From positions 7,135 to 71,134 of the forward strand of contig JAOZHY010000029.1 in the NCBI GenBank assembly GCA_026014595.1: a DNA stretch of 64,000 bases. The letters run 5' to 3'. Position numbers and translations under genes: made by a program. How positions within the stretch are numbered: position 1 is the first letter of the stretch; each line of letters starts with the position of its first letter. The notes beneath the pieces are model-generated. The model saw only the letters and a program-made list of their open reading frames with translations, ran no database searches and was not told where the DNA came from. Positions 27,107-37,314 of the stretch are shown here, one piece after another. The stretch comes from Candidatus Bathyarchaeota archaeon (lineage in GTDB: Archaea; Thermoproteota; Bathyarchaeia; Bathyarchaeales; Bathycorpusculaceae).

Positions 27107-27943
27107 TTACCTCAGCCACCTTTGGATTCTGACGTTGCAGAGCACTGTTTCCACGTTTACTATTGCGCCGTTGCTGGTGCTTGAAACTGGGATGGTGACT
27201 TGCCCGCTGGCGCCATCCAAGTTCGCGGTTAACGTTAAGCTTTCAGGTTCGTATGAGAGGTCGTAGGTTGTGGTTGATATTTGCGTGGCGACGCATGAGA
27301 TTTTCAGCGGCACCTTTCCGTACAGCGCGATTGCGTCTGAAGCGTTCAGGTTGATGATGTAAACGCGGATGTTGTTGACGGTCTTGCCGTTTTCAGTGCC
27401 CGCGGTTGCGTAAGACACGGTTGGGCGGTAGCGCAGCAGGATTTCGGGATGTTCAGCGCCGTGAACGATGTAGAGCTGTGTCATTACAGAGCCGCTTTGG
27501 CTGACTATGGTTCGGCTGTCGCCTTTTAGGAAAAGTCCTGTGTCAGGCGACTCGGAATATGGAAGGACGTAGCTGACTTGACCTATGGTTTCGTTGCAGA
27601 CGGTCGCGGCGATGTCTCCGCCGTCACCGATGCTAATTGCCAGGGTGTTGGCGGATGGCTGAATGTTTACTTGTCCGCCTGAATCGCTGAACTCGAACGT
27701 GCGGGCTGCGCCAGGCTGCCCTATGACCTGCATCAAGGCATCGTCTAAAGACAGCATGTCCTGTTTCGCCGTGGCTATCTTGAGCGTGGTGCTTCGGGTG
27801 TTAACTTTTTCCACCGCGAAGTAGTAGGTGATGGAAATTACGCCTAGCATGGATACGAATAGTAGTAGGAAAGTTATTGGAATGGCAATTGCTCTCATGG
27901 ATCGACGAAGTTTTGCTAAGCGATAGTCGTTTGGGGCAGTCAT
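27107..27943 (-). CDS. minor pilin-like protein (class III signal peptide)
   Basis: Likely start ATG 27943; LRRSMRA|IAIPITFLLLF. Confidence 0.72.
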   Translation of the reverse strand: MTAPNDYRLAKLRRSMRAIAIPITFLLLFVSMLGVISITYYFAVEKVNTRSTTLKIATAKQDMLSLDDALMQVIGQPGAARTFEFSDSGGQVNIQPSANTLAISIGDGGDIAATVCNETIGQVSYVLPYSESPDTGLFLKGDSRTIVSQSGSVMTQLYIVHGAEHPEILLRYRPTVSYATAGTENGKTVNNIRVYIINLNASDAIALYGKVPLKISCVATQISTTTYDLSYEPESLTLTANLDGASGQVTIPVSSTSNGAIVNVETVLCNVRIQRWLR

Positions 27944-28185
27944 CAATTTGTGGTCTCTTCCGTGAGCCATTCGCTGAGAAAATGTTGGGAGAAATGAATT
28001 AAGTTGTTTGTGTGTAACATCAAAATACATATTGTACGGGGAAATCCAGCTTGTGAACAAGTTTCTCGAGATTGTAACCATTTATTAATTCAACTTCATC
28101 TTGCTGAGAGGTCATCTATCCTCATGTCTTGTTTTTGCAAAAGAAAAAGAGAAAAAAATATTCAGAGCTGCTTTTGCTTCTAAGC

Positions 28186-28749
28186 TTACACTACTGCTTC
28201 GACGTTGGTCTCTTTGTAGTGGATTGCCTGCGAAGTGAACACCGTGATAGCAACAGTCAAGCCTATGTCGTTGACGTTAATGCTGTCAGGGTTGTTGAGG
28301 TATATGGCCATTGTTGAGCCTGAAGTCAGCACCAGGGTATTTGTTCCTAATGCCGTAAGGCCATCGCTGGTAATACCTCCAACAATGTCATCACCAGCTA
28401 TTTTCGCAGCGCCTGTCCAGTTGAGGTCTGTCGTTAGGACATCGCCAGTTCCAGCAACAACGTAGAATATGTCAGCTGCGGCGGCAGCCTGTCCACGCAC
28501 CGCAATTTTGCTGATGACGACGTCTCTACCACCAGTGTTTGTGACCATTATTGCAGCTACTGCTGTCCCGGCTTGATTTACCCAGATATGTTGTTTCGAC
28601 AGCGACAAATTTTCTTCCTGAACTCTGGTGCTAGTGACGTTGATGGCGAAGTATGTTACGACTCCGGCTAAGAGCACTGAAACCACTAGAATTATCAGCG
28701 TTGTTACGACGGTGCTAAGAGCCAAACGATTCTTCAGTATGTTTTTCAT
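28186..28749 (-). CDS. major type IV pilin/archaellin-like protein 2
   Basis: KNRLA|LSTVVTTLIILVVSVLLAG; paralog of 28874..29434. Confidence 0.88.
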   Translation of the reverse strand: MKNILKNRLALSTVVTTLIILVVSVLLAGVVTYFAINVTSTRVQEENLSLSKQHIWVNQAGTAVAAIMVTNTGGRDVVISKIAVRGQAAAAADIFYVVAGTGDVLTTDLNWTGAAKIAGDDIVGGITSDGLTALGTNTLVLTSGSTMAIYLNNPDSINVNDIGLTVAITVFTSQAIHYKETNVEAVV

Positions 28750-28873
28750 TTTTTTGTCTCCTGAAAAAACAAGAAAGACGGCTTTGGATAAGTGAATTTG
28801 TGTGTAGAACAGAGCTACACATAAATTATGGAAAAAACTAATTGCGCAAATAGAAGGAAAATAAGCGGTGGCT

Positions 28874-29434
28874 TTATGGCATTACGGTTGCTTCGACATT
28901 AGCTTCTTGGTAGTGAACGGCGTTAGACGTGTAGATGGCTATGCTTACAGTCAAGCCCACATCATTAATCGATATGCTGTCCGGGTCATCAATGTAGATT
29001 ATTACGGTGTAGCCTGACTTCAATATGAGGTCGGTGGATGCTGCGCTGAAGGCGTATGATGTTCCACCAATGGATATGTCCCCTGCTCCCAAAGTTGACG
29101 ATGAATTATACGTGAGGTCAGCGGATATTGCACCTGTTGTAATATTGTAGCACACCTTGGCCCATGGTGATTCCTGTCCTCTGACGCTAATTTTGTCTAA
29201 GACTACGTCTCGTCCGCCCGTGTTTATTATCATTATAGCCGCTTGTCCTCCGTTTACGGGATCATACCATACATGTTGTTTTGTCAAGTGCAGACTTTCT
29301 TCCTGCACTCTAGTGCTGACGACGTTTGTGGCGTAGTATACGACCACGGTTGCTAACAGTACTGAAACGACTAGAATGATTAGTGTGGTTACGACTGTGC
29401 TTAGAGCTAGGCGATTCCTTAGCAGTTTGTTCAT
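28874..29434 (-). CDS. major type IV pilin/archaellin-like protein 1
   Basis: RNRLA|LSTVVTTLIILVVSVLLAT; GGTGA SD; TATA-like TTTATAA near 29474-29480. Confidence 0.88.
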   Translation of the reverse strand: MNKLLRNRLALSTVVTTLIILVVSVLLATVVVYYATNVVSTRVQEESLHLTKQHVWYDPVNGGQAAIMIINTGGRDVVLDKISVRGQESPWAKVCYNITTGAISADLTYNSSSTLGAGDISIGGTSYAFSAASTDLILKSGYTVIIYIDDPDSISINDVGLTVSIAIYTSNAVHYQEANVEATVMP

Positions 29435-29633
29435 TGTTTTTATTTCACCTTTGATGTAGCAAACGGTAACTTCTTATAAATGTCTTCTGTCATACGATTC
29501 AATATTGTTTTTACAGTTTAAACCTTAAAAACATCACTTCATCTCAACCATCTGAATCCACACTAAACTCCAAATCAGAACCTAAAACACACAAAAACAA
29601 AAATGCCATTCCAAGACCATAAAATAACCCTTT

Positions 29634-29738
29634 AAATAAGGGATGTGCCGTCACCTCATACAGGCACCAAGCAACGCAAATCTACCCCCCAATTAAGCTC
29701 TATTTATAAAGGGAGATAATCCAAAAATCGCACAACAG
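29634..29738 (+). repeat. degenerate copy of the dispersed repeat core plus 39-bp second module
   Basis: AGGGAT.TGCCGT...CAGGCACCAAGCAACGCAAA resembles the core 3' half; 29700-29738 matches 39797-39835 at 29/39 ungapped. Confidence 0.55.
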
Positions 29739-29764
29739 TGCACAAGAGGAAAAAAGAAAAAAGG

Positions 29765-30997
29765 TTAGATTTTTTTGGTTTTGACCGCGTTTTCCAAGGC
29801 AACGACGCCTGGAAGCTTCTTGCCCATCAAGAACTCAATTAGTGCTCCGCCAGCAGTGCTAATGTAGCCAATCTTTTTGGACAAGCCGTACTCCTGCAGC
29901 GCCGCGATGGTGTTTCCGCCACCTGCAAGCGAAAAGCCCTTCGACTCCGCGATAGCTTCGAATACTTTTCGTGTGCCGTAGTTGAATTCCTTGTTTTCGT
30001 AAACTCCCATTGGACCGCTAACCACGATGGATTTTGCCTTGGCAATCAGTTTCGCGTAGTTCTCCGCTGTTTTGGCGCCGATGTCGAAAATCGAATGTTC
30101 CGTAGGCAGTTTGCTCACTGGAATTTCCTTCCGCTTTCCGTCCACGTCTATGGCAACGTCAACTGGCACCACGATACTCTGAGGATACTGCTTCATCAAC
30201 GCTTGAATTCCCGGAATCAGCCCTGTCAACTCCTTCTTCTCTAGGAAAGCCATGTTTCCCTTGCCCAAATCAACGCCTTTCGCCGCAAGAAACAGCTGCG
30301 CCGTCACACCGCCCACAACCACGTAATCGGCTATGCCGTTGCCCAGCACGTACTTGCTGATTTCAAGGCTGTCATCTGCTTTCGCACCACCCATCACGTA
30401 AACGCACGGTTTCTCAGGCTGCTCCAACGCCTTGCTTAGCGACTTCAGTTCGCGCTCCATTATGCGACCCGCAACGCTGGGCAAGGCAGCCGTGAAACCC
30501 ACCATAGATACATGCCCACGATGCGCTGCGGCGAAAGCGTCATTAACGAACAAGTCTGCTAACGGCGCAAGGTTCTGCACCAGCTCAGTTTTCGCTTGCT
30601 GTTCAGGTGTTCCGCTCTTGGTTTCTCCATCCCAGCTGCGCACATTCTCCAAAACTAGGATTTCGCCAGCCTGCAGATTGCGAATCGCTTTTTTTGCTTT
30701 TTCGCCGAAAACGTCGTCAACGTATTTGACTGGGCACCTGAGGATTTTGCCAAGAATCTCAGCGTGCTGCTTCAGCGGTGTAAAGTCTGGGTCACCTTTG
30801 CGTCCCTGATGTGCTAGGACGACGACTTTGGCGCCTTTTTCCGCAAGCTCCTTGATGGTTGTTTCTGCATGCGCTCGTATGCGTACGTCGCTGGTGACTT
30901 TTTTCGTTTCTGGGTCAATTTCCGAGTTGAAGTCTACTCTTACGAGTACGACTTTGTTTTTAACTTGGACATCGTCTAAGGTTAGGTACTTTGCCAT
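29765..30997 (-). CDS. pgk: phosphoglycerate kinase
   Basis: VRVDFNS, AHQGR, LLENVR-like VLENVR, NDAFAAAHR, GGAKADD, STAGGA; start ATG 30997. Confidence 0.97.
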   Translation of the reverse strand: MAKYLTLDDVQVKNKVVLVRVDFNSEIDPETKKVTSDVRIRAHAETTIKELAEKGAKVVVLAHQGRKGDPDFTPLKQHAEILGKILRCPVKYVDDVFGEKAKKAIRNLQAGEILVLENVRSWDGETKSGTPEQQAKTELVQNLAPLADLFVNDAFAAAHRGHVSMVGFTAALPSVAGRIMERELKSLSKALEQPEKPCVYVMGGAKADDSLEISKYVLGNGIADYVVVGGVTAQLFLAAKGVDLGKGNMAFLEKKELTGLIPGIQALMKQYPQSIVVPVDVAIDVDGKRKEIPVSKLPTEHSIFDIGAKTAENYAKLIAKAKSIVVSGPMGVYENKEFNYGTRKVFEAIAESKGFSLAGGGNTIAALQEYGLSKKIGYISTAGGALIEFLMGKKLPGVVALENAVKTKKI

Positions 30998-31070
30998 GTT
31001 TATCTCACTCTCGTGTTTGATTGACAAAGAAAAAGTATGGAAGGGTTTTTAAAGTTTTAATGTTGCAGTT

Positions 31071-32099
<1,029 letters not shown>

Positions 32100-32331
32100 C
32101 TATGTTTCAGAGTCTATCAACAATTCTTTCCTAATTAATTTTCCGACCAAAAAAGAAGAAACATTTACATGCGCTCTGACACGTGAAAAAAGACTAATAG
32201 TCCTTTTTATATAGATTGAACTCTTGTTAGCTTGTTGCGTGTAAAAAATTGATGTCTACCTTTGCACACAGTGTTTTGATGCATCCGTTAACTTATTGTT
32301 TAAAGACGCTAGAAAAAAGGAAGTTACGAGG

Positions 32332-33189
32332 CTATTTTGCATATGCCTCGACGAGGTCGCGTGCTGTGATGATGCCTACCAGCTTATTTCTTACGGCTAT
32401 GGGCAGTCTTCTAATTTTCTTCAACGCCATTGTGGCAGCAGCTCTGTGAACGCTTATTCCAGCCGGAGCAGTGATAAGCGGCGACGAAGCTTCTTTACCC
32501 ACTTCTACGATTAACTGCTTGCCCTTAGCCAGAAAAGCGGTGAGCAAGTCTCGCTCCGTAAAAATCCCAAAAGGCTTTTCTTTGCGGGTGACTATGACGC
32601 TTCCGATGCGTCTCTCGCCCATAATCTTGGCAATTTCGGCTACGGATGTTTTCTCGTCGGCAGTTACAACTTCCTTAGTCATAAAATCATCGACTTTAAC
32701 CTCGGTTTCAGGAACTTCGGGCAAGCTCCTAATAAGGTCAGAAGCGGTTATGACTCCCACAAGCTTTCCGCTGTCAAAAACTGCAAGTCTGCCCTTCTTC
32801 TGAATCATCATCTGAGCGGCTTCCTTTATCTTGGCAGTTGGGCTTATCGTAATAAGCGGATACGACATTACCGCCTCAACTTTTTCCTCCATAGGGTCTT
32901 TCCCCAGAGCCAAAACTTTGCTGAGCAAGTCCCTCTCGGTGACTATACCCACAGGCGTCGCATACTTCGTAACGATCAGGCTTCCGATGTGCTTCTCGCC
33001 CATGACTCCCGCTGCCTCAGCCATCGACGCTTCAGGAGCGATGGTAGCAACGTCTTGGCTCATGATGTGCTTGACTTCTTTGTAACGTGAAAGGTCGCGG
33101 AGGTACTGTTTATACGCGCTGTCGAGGACGCTTGGAAACTCTTTTTTCAAGTCTTTAGGTGTCCTCATAAAATCCAATCCTCTCAGCAT
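32332..33189 (-). CDS. CBS-domain protein (four CBS repeats)
   Basis: Repeated GIVTERDLL, GVITASDL, GIFTERDLL, GIITARDL. Confidence 0.93.
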   Translation of the reverse strand: MLRGLDFMRTPKDLKKEFPSVLDSAYKQYLRDLSRYKEVKHIMSQDVATIAPEASMAEAAGVMGEKHIGSLIVTKYATPVGIVTERDLLSKVLALGKDPMEEKVEAVMSYPLITISPTAKIKEAAQMMIQKKGRLAVFDSGKLVGVITASDLIRSLPEVPETEVKVDDFMTKEVVTADEKTSVAEIAKIMGERRIGSVIVTRKEKPFGIFTERDLLTAFLAKGKQLIVEVGKEASSPLITAPAGISVHRAAATMALKKIRRLPIAVRNKLVGIITARDLVEAYAK

Positions 33190-33250
33190 AAATATTAGTC
33201 GCGATGCCTAATTAAGGCTTATTTTTCCCTCAGTTAACTTGTGTGCAATG

Positions 33251-33340
33251 TATTTGCTGCCTATTAGTGGTTGGTTGCAGAAACTATAGAGGGGTAGGGT
33301 CGCTATTGGCGCCGAAAACAGCCAAAACCATGCAGAAAAC
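33251..33340 (+). repeat. dispersed ~90-bp intergenic repeat, copy B
   Basis: 3' 43 nt identical to copy C (rc). Confidence 0.93.
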
Positions 33341-33460
33341 TGGAAGGGAAACTATCTGCAGGTCACAAAATAGTTTTGTTAAAACTTTCACGTATCGTAT
33401 ATCGTAGAAAGGTTTAAATAAACTCTTACGGTGACGTTGGTTGTTTTTCGAGAGGGGAAT

Positions 33461-33718
33461 GTGTTGCAAAGATTGGGCAGGGTGCAGAGTTACACGCCGT
33501 CCCAGAACATCATTGTCAAAGTCGCCGATAATTCCCCTAAGATAGGCACCTCGGTGGTTGACGAAAACCTGAAAGTTGTTGGAAAAGTCTTCGATTTGAT
33601 AGGTCCAGTGTCTTCGCCGTACGTGGTGATAAAACCCGCAGTCAAGGAACCTGAAAAACTGGCAGGCAAACGGTTGTATCTGCTCCTCTCGAAAAAGCAA
33701 CGGAGCATAAGAGAATGA
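33461..33718 (+). CDS. gar1: H/ACA RNP component Gar1
   Basis: RLGRV...[28 protein letters not shown]; conserved position upstream of tfb; start approximate. Confidence 0.88.
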   Translation: MLQRLGRVQSYTPSQNIIVKVADNSPKIGTSVVDENLKVVGKVFDLIGPVSSPYVVIKPAVKEPEKLAGKRLYLLLSKKQRSIRE

Positions 33719-34689
33719 GTGGAGATAGCGAGCTGCGTGAAGACCCAACCTCTTCATCGGCAGCACAACGCGCTGAATCCTTTCGAGTTCAATCATGCCC
33801 TGAATGCGGCAGCACCAGGCTGATGCGCGACTACGAATGCGCCGAAATAGTCTGCATGGACTGCGGCTTCGTGGTCGCCGCTAAAATAGCTGATAGAGGA
33901 CCTGAATGGAGAGCCTTCGACGACGAGCAAAGATCAAAACGCACCCGAGTCGGCGCGCCTTTAACATACACCATCCATGACAAAGGCTTGTCCACAACTA
34001 TTGACTGGCATGACCGAGACATCTACGGAAAGAGCCTCTCTCCGGGGCAGAAGGCGCAGGTGTATCGCCTCAGGAAATGGCAGCGGCGCATAAGGGTTTC
34101 AGACGCCACGGAACGCAACTTGGCTTTTGCTTTGTCAGAAATCACAAAAATCTCGAATAACCTGAATCTTCCCAAGAACATTCTGGAAACTGCGTCGGTG
34201 ATTTATAGGAAAGCCGTGAAGGAACGCTTGATACGTGGACGCTCGATTCAGGGAGTAACCTCAGCAGCGATATACTTGGCATGCAGACAATGCGCACTTC
34301 CACGCACGTTAGACGAAATATCTCAAGCTTCAACAGTGAACAAGAAAGAAATAGGTCGCAGTTACCGTTTCCTCATCAAAGAACTAAACTATTCCATTCC
34401 CCCGCTAAGACCCAGCCAGTACATAACCAAATTCTCCAATCAACTGACAATGCAGGGTAAAGTCGAAGAAATCGCACACAAGATTCTGGCAGCGGCGAAA
34501 GAGCTCAAACTTACGTCTGGCCGCGGTCCCACAGGCATTGCTGCGGCTGCAAGCTACGTGGCTTCGGTTTTGACTGGTGAAAGAAAAACACAGCGGGAAA
34601 TCGCGGAGATTGCGCAGGTTACTGAGGTTACTATCCGTAATCGGTACAAAGAACTTGTTGAAAGGCTAATGTTCCAAATAAGCATTTAA
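33715..34689 (+). CDS. tfb: transcription initiation factor IIB
   Basis: Zn ribbon CPECG..CMDCG, GPEWRAF, two cyclin repeats, [12 protein letters not shown]. Confidence 0.98.
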   Translation: MSGDSELREDPTSSSAAQRAESFRVQSCPECGSTRLMRDYECAEIVCMDCGFVVAAKIADRGPEWRAFDDEQRSKRTRVGAPLTYTIHDKGLSTTIDWHDRDIYGKSLSPGQKAQVYRLRKWQRRIRVSDATERNLAFALSEITKISNNLNLPKNILETASVIYRKAVKERLIRGRSIQGVTSAAIYLACRQCALPRTLDEISQASTVNKKEIGRSYRFLIKELNYSIPPLRPSQYITKFSNQLTMQGKVEEIAHKILAAAKELKLTSGRGPTGIAAAASYVASVLTGERKTQREIAEIAQVTEVTIRNRYKELVERLMFQISI

Positions 34690-34879
34690 TCACGCCATCC
34701 TCTCCCCCTTTCTTTTTACGTCTTAAAGTCCTGCAGTTTACTAGTTTGCCCCTTTTTTTAACTGAAAGCCATAGACACGAAAAGGATGATTCAGGCGAGC
34801 AATGCAAAATGTTATAGCTTGATCGCGAGAAAATAATTACAGAAGCAGATGACTCAACCGTGAAGGGAGAATAAAATAG

Positions 34880-35308
34880 TTGGTTAAATGCCCGAAATGC
34901 GGAACAGAAGCAGCCACTCCGATTAAATGCTGGACAGTGTCCCCTGAGAAACGGACTGCAAGCGGGGTCATGCCTGAGTTTCACGTTGGATTTTTCATGT
35001 GCCCCAAATGCGGGTCAAAATTCAGAAAAAAGGTGGCCCCCGCAGCGAAAACTGTGCAGGCCGCAAATATCAAGGAATTGGCTGAAAGGGTCAAGGGCAT
35101 ACATGAAGGGTTAACGCAGACCTTGAGGACTCTGCGGGAAAGAATAGGCATCTTGGAAACTGAACGTTCAAGCGTGCTGATGGAGATTGAGAGTCTCAAA
35201 AAAGCCGCGGAGTCTCGTGCCAAAGCCCTTGAAAACGAAGTTAACACACTACGGCAGGAGATTCAGTCTCTCAAGGAACTCTTGGGGTCTACTGAAAAAG
35301 CAATGTAG
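34880..35308 (+). CDS. Cren7-like Zn-ribbon domain fused to coiled coil
   Basis: CPKCG..P.K.W..SP...VGFF.CPKCG..FR matches the Cren7 pattern; heptad-rich C-terminus. Confidence 0.65.
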   Translation: MVKCPKCGTEAATPIKCWTVSPEKRTASGVMPEFHVGFFMCPKCGSKFRKKVAPAAKTVQAANIKELAERVKGIHEGLTQTLRTLRERIGILETERSSVLMEIESLKKAAESRAKALENEVNTLRQEIQSLKELLGSTEKAM

Positions 35309-35377
35309 CCCGCGGCAAGCGTGTTTTTGGCTTAAGACGCAGTTATTCTTTTAAGCGTGTCTATCGCTATTTAGGAC

Positions 35378-35992
35378 ATGCCCTACAAGTTCACTTTCGA
35401 CCTTTCGAAAGTTCCACGTTTCTTCTTCACTGAGATAGCCGTGGTTGGTTACCACAGGGGCATGCATAAGACGCTTCTTAACACGCTGCAGGAGATTATA
35501 AGAAAATTCAAAATCCAAGAAGCCACGGGGCTTAATCTTTCTGACGCCGTCGTTCTTCTTCAAGACCTCATAGAAATGCAGGCGGTAAACCTTATGGAAA
35601 GAGGTCGATTCCTGCAGACCAAGAAGAGAGCGCTTTTCCTGCCGCATTGCGCCCGAAAATTTATGGACAGCCGCTGCAAGGCAAACTTTGATCCTTCGAT
35701 TCCCTCGTACACCTGTGCTCACTGCTCCGCTGATTGCTTAGTTAACAAGGCGGACACTTTAGCCAAGAAGAAAGGCTATGACGTGTACATACTGCCCGGC
35801 GGCTCATGCGTCCCCAAGATTCTGAAGACAAATCAGTACGAGGGCATTGTCGGCGTGGCTTGCGGGGAAGAAGTGAAGATATCTAAGGAACTCTTAACCA
35901 GCATGGACGTTGCTGCTCAGGCTATACCGTTGATAAAGAACGGGTGTGCCAACACAATCTTCAACATGGATACGCTAGTTAACACTCTTTGA
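35378..35992 (+). CDS. DUF116-family protein
   Basis: FLPHC.R..C.A...C.HC..C, YILPGGS, GIVGVAC, IPL...GC. Confidence 0.85.
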   Translation: MPYKFTFDLSKVPRFFFTEIAVVGYHRGMHKTLLNTLQEIIRKFKIQEATGLNLSDAVVLLQDLIEMQAVNLMERGRFLQTKKRALFLPHCARKFMDSRCKANFDPSIPSYTCAHCSADCLVNKADTLAKKKGYDVYILPGGSCVPKILKTNQYEGIVGVACGEEVKISKELLTSMDVAAQAIPLIKNGCANTIFNMDTLVNTL

Positions 35993-35997
35993 AAAGC

Positions 35998-36159
35998 TTA
36001 CTTTACGAGTTCCCGTTTCTTCCATCTGAGGTTCTTGCTCTTGCATTTTCGGCATTTGGTGGCGGTTGCGGCGTTTCTGGCTCCGCAGTCCCTGCAGATT
36101 TTCATGTAGAGCCTGTGCTTCTGCGCTATGGCTTTCTTAACTGGGTCTAATATTGGCAT
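35998..36159 (-). CDS. rpl40e: 50S ribosomal protein L40e (below ORF-track cutoff)
   Basis: Manual translation MPILDPVKKAIAQKHRLYMKICRDCGARNAATATKCRKCKSKNLRWKKRELVK. Confidence 0.95.
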   Translation of the reverse strand: MPILDPVKKAIAQKHRLYMKICRDCGARNAATATKCRKCKSKNLRWKKRELVK

Positions 36160-36275
36160 GTGGTGCTCCTCTTTAAGTGCTTAGAGCAAGATGGTTCCCT
36201 GTCAAATATACCTTTTGCCAAAAAACTTTCAGACGCCAATCTCGAAGCCTTCCTGTCTCAATAAGCGCTTGCGCC

Positions 36276-36734
36276 TCATTTGAGAACTTCAATCGTGACG
36301 TAAGACCTTGTGTCTTCAATGCCGTCTATGGCGTATAGTTTTTTGAGGAATGCGTCCAAGTTTTCTCTTTCAACCATTATGAGGGCGTCAACTTCGCCGG
36401 CGATTCTGAAGGCTCTTATCACCGGCAGTTCCCTTATTTTCTCGTACACCTGTAGGCGTTTGACTGGGGAGACTTTGAGGAGGATGAACGCTGGCGTTGA
36501 TGATATGCCGAGTGCGCTTAATCCTTTTTCCGTGACGTCTATGAAGCCTCGGCCAGTGCGGATGTAGTTTCTGTCCTTAAGCTTCTTGAGGTGCACGTTC
36601 AATGCTTGTCTGCTTATGCCTAACTGTTCGCTTAATTCGTCTTGTTTAACGTCTAAGGTGTAGGTGGTTGCGGATTTGCTTTTCTCGTAGAGTTTCCTTA
36701 AGAGCTGGACAGAGCGTTTTGTGAGGGGTTCCAT
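36276..36734 (-). CDS. Lrp/AsnC-like transcriptional regulator
   Basis: HTH QDELSEQLGISRQALNVHL plus RAM-like IAGEVDAL..GIEDTRSYV. Confidence 0.85.
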   Translation of the reverse strand: MEPLTKRSVQLLRKLYEKSKSATTYTLDVKQDELSEQLGISRQALNVHLKKLKDRNYIRTGRGFIDVTEKGLSALGISSTPAFILLKVSPVKRLQVYEKIRELPVIRAFRIAGEVDALIMVERENLDAFLKKLYAIDGIEDTRSYVTIEVLK

Positions 36735-36961
36735 GTTTTCACTTTCACTTTTATGCGGTTTTGTTAAGGTAATCCTTTACAATTATCGCGTTATTTAAGA
36801 CTTTAGCTAGAAGAAAACTTGTTTATTGACCTATCGCCTAAAATTCTTTATTTTCCGCATGTTTAAGTCAAATTTGCTCGGTCAAACCACAATCTATTTA
36901 TTTGCCGACAAAAAAACTAATGAACCATCACCAAGAAAGGGACACTAGGAGTGAAGCGGCA

Positions 36962-37243
36962 ATGTCTGAAAACAACAACGCAGTGTTAATCGGAACTAAA
37001 CCAGTTATGAACTACGTGCTTGCTTGCATAACCTTCTTTCATGGCGGGGCAAAAGAAGTACGCATCAAGGCACGTGGGCGCTCGATAAGCCGGGCAATTG
37101 ACGTCGCCGAAGTCGTGAGGCGCCGATTCCTACCTGACGTGAAAGTCAAGAGCATTGGCATCGGAACAGACCAAATCACATCCACGGAAGAGGGCAACCA
37201 GCTGACTAACGTCAGCACCATAGAAATAACGCTGGAACGCTAA
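36962..37243 (+). CDS. albA: chromatin protein Alba
   Basis: [36 protein letters not shown]. Confidence 0.96.
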   Translation: MSENNNAVLIGTKPVMNYVLACITFFHGGAKEVRIKARGRSISRAIDVAEVVRRRFLPDVKVKSIGIGTDQITSTEEGNQLTNVSTIEITLER

Positions 37244-37314
37244 GCGGGCACTTCCAACCTTAAGCACCGCGCAGTTGCTCCCCTTGTGTTTGCGGGAGGG
37301 CGTCTTCCCTAAAA

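Noticed and set aside
21294-29434. Canonical archaellum operon
   Set aside because: No FlaH/ArlH ATPase, no recognisable ArlCDE/X, and pilin N-termini lack the typical archaellin signature; kept as T4P-like.
33284-33796. 170-aa minus-strand ORF running into repeat copy B
   Set aside because: Antisense to gar1 and tfb; the repeat copies contain indels relative to each other, so the repeat is non-coding.
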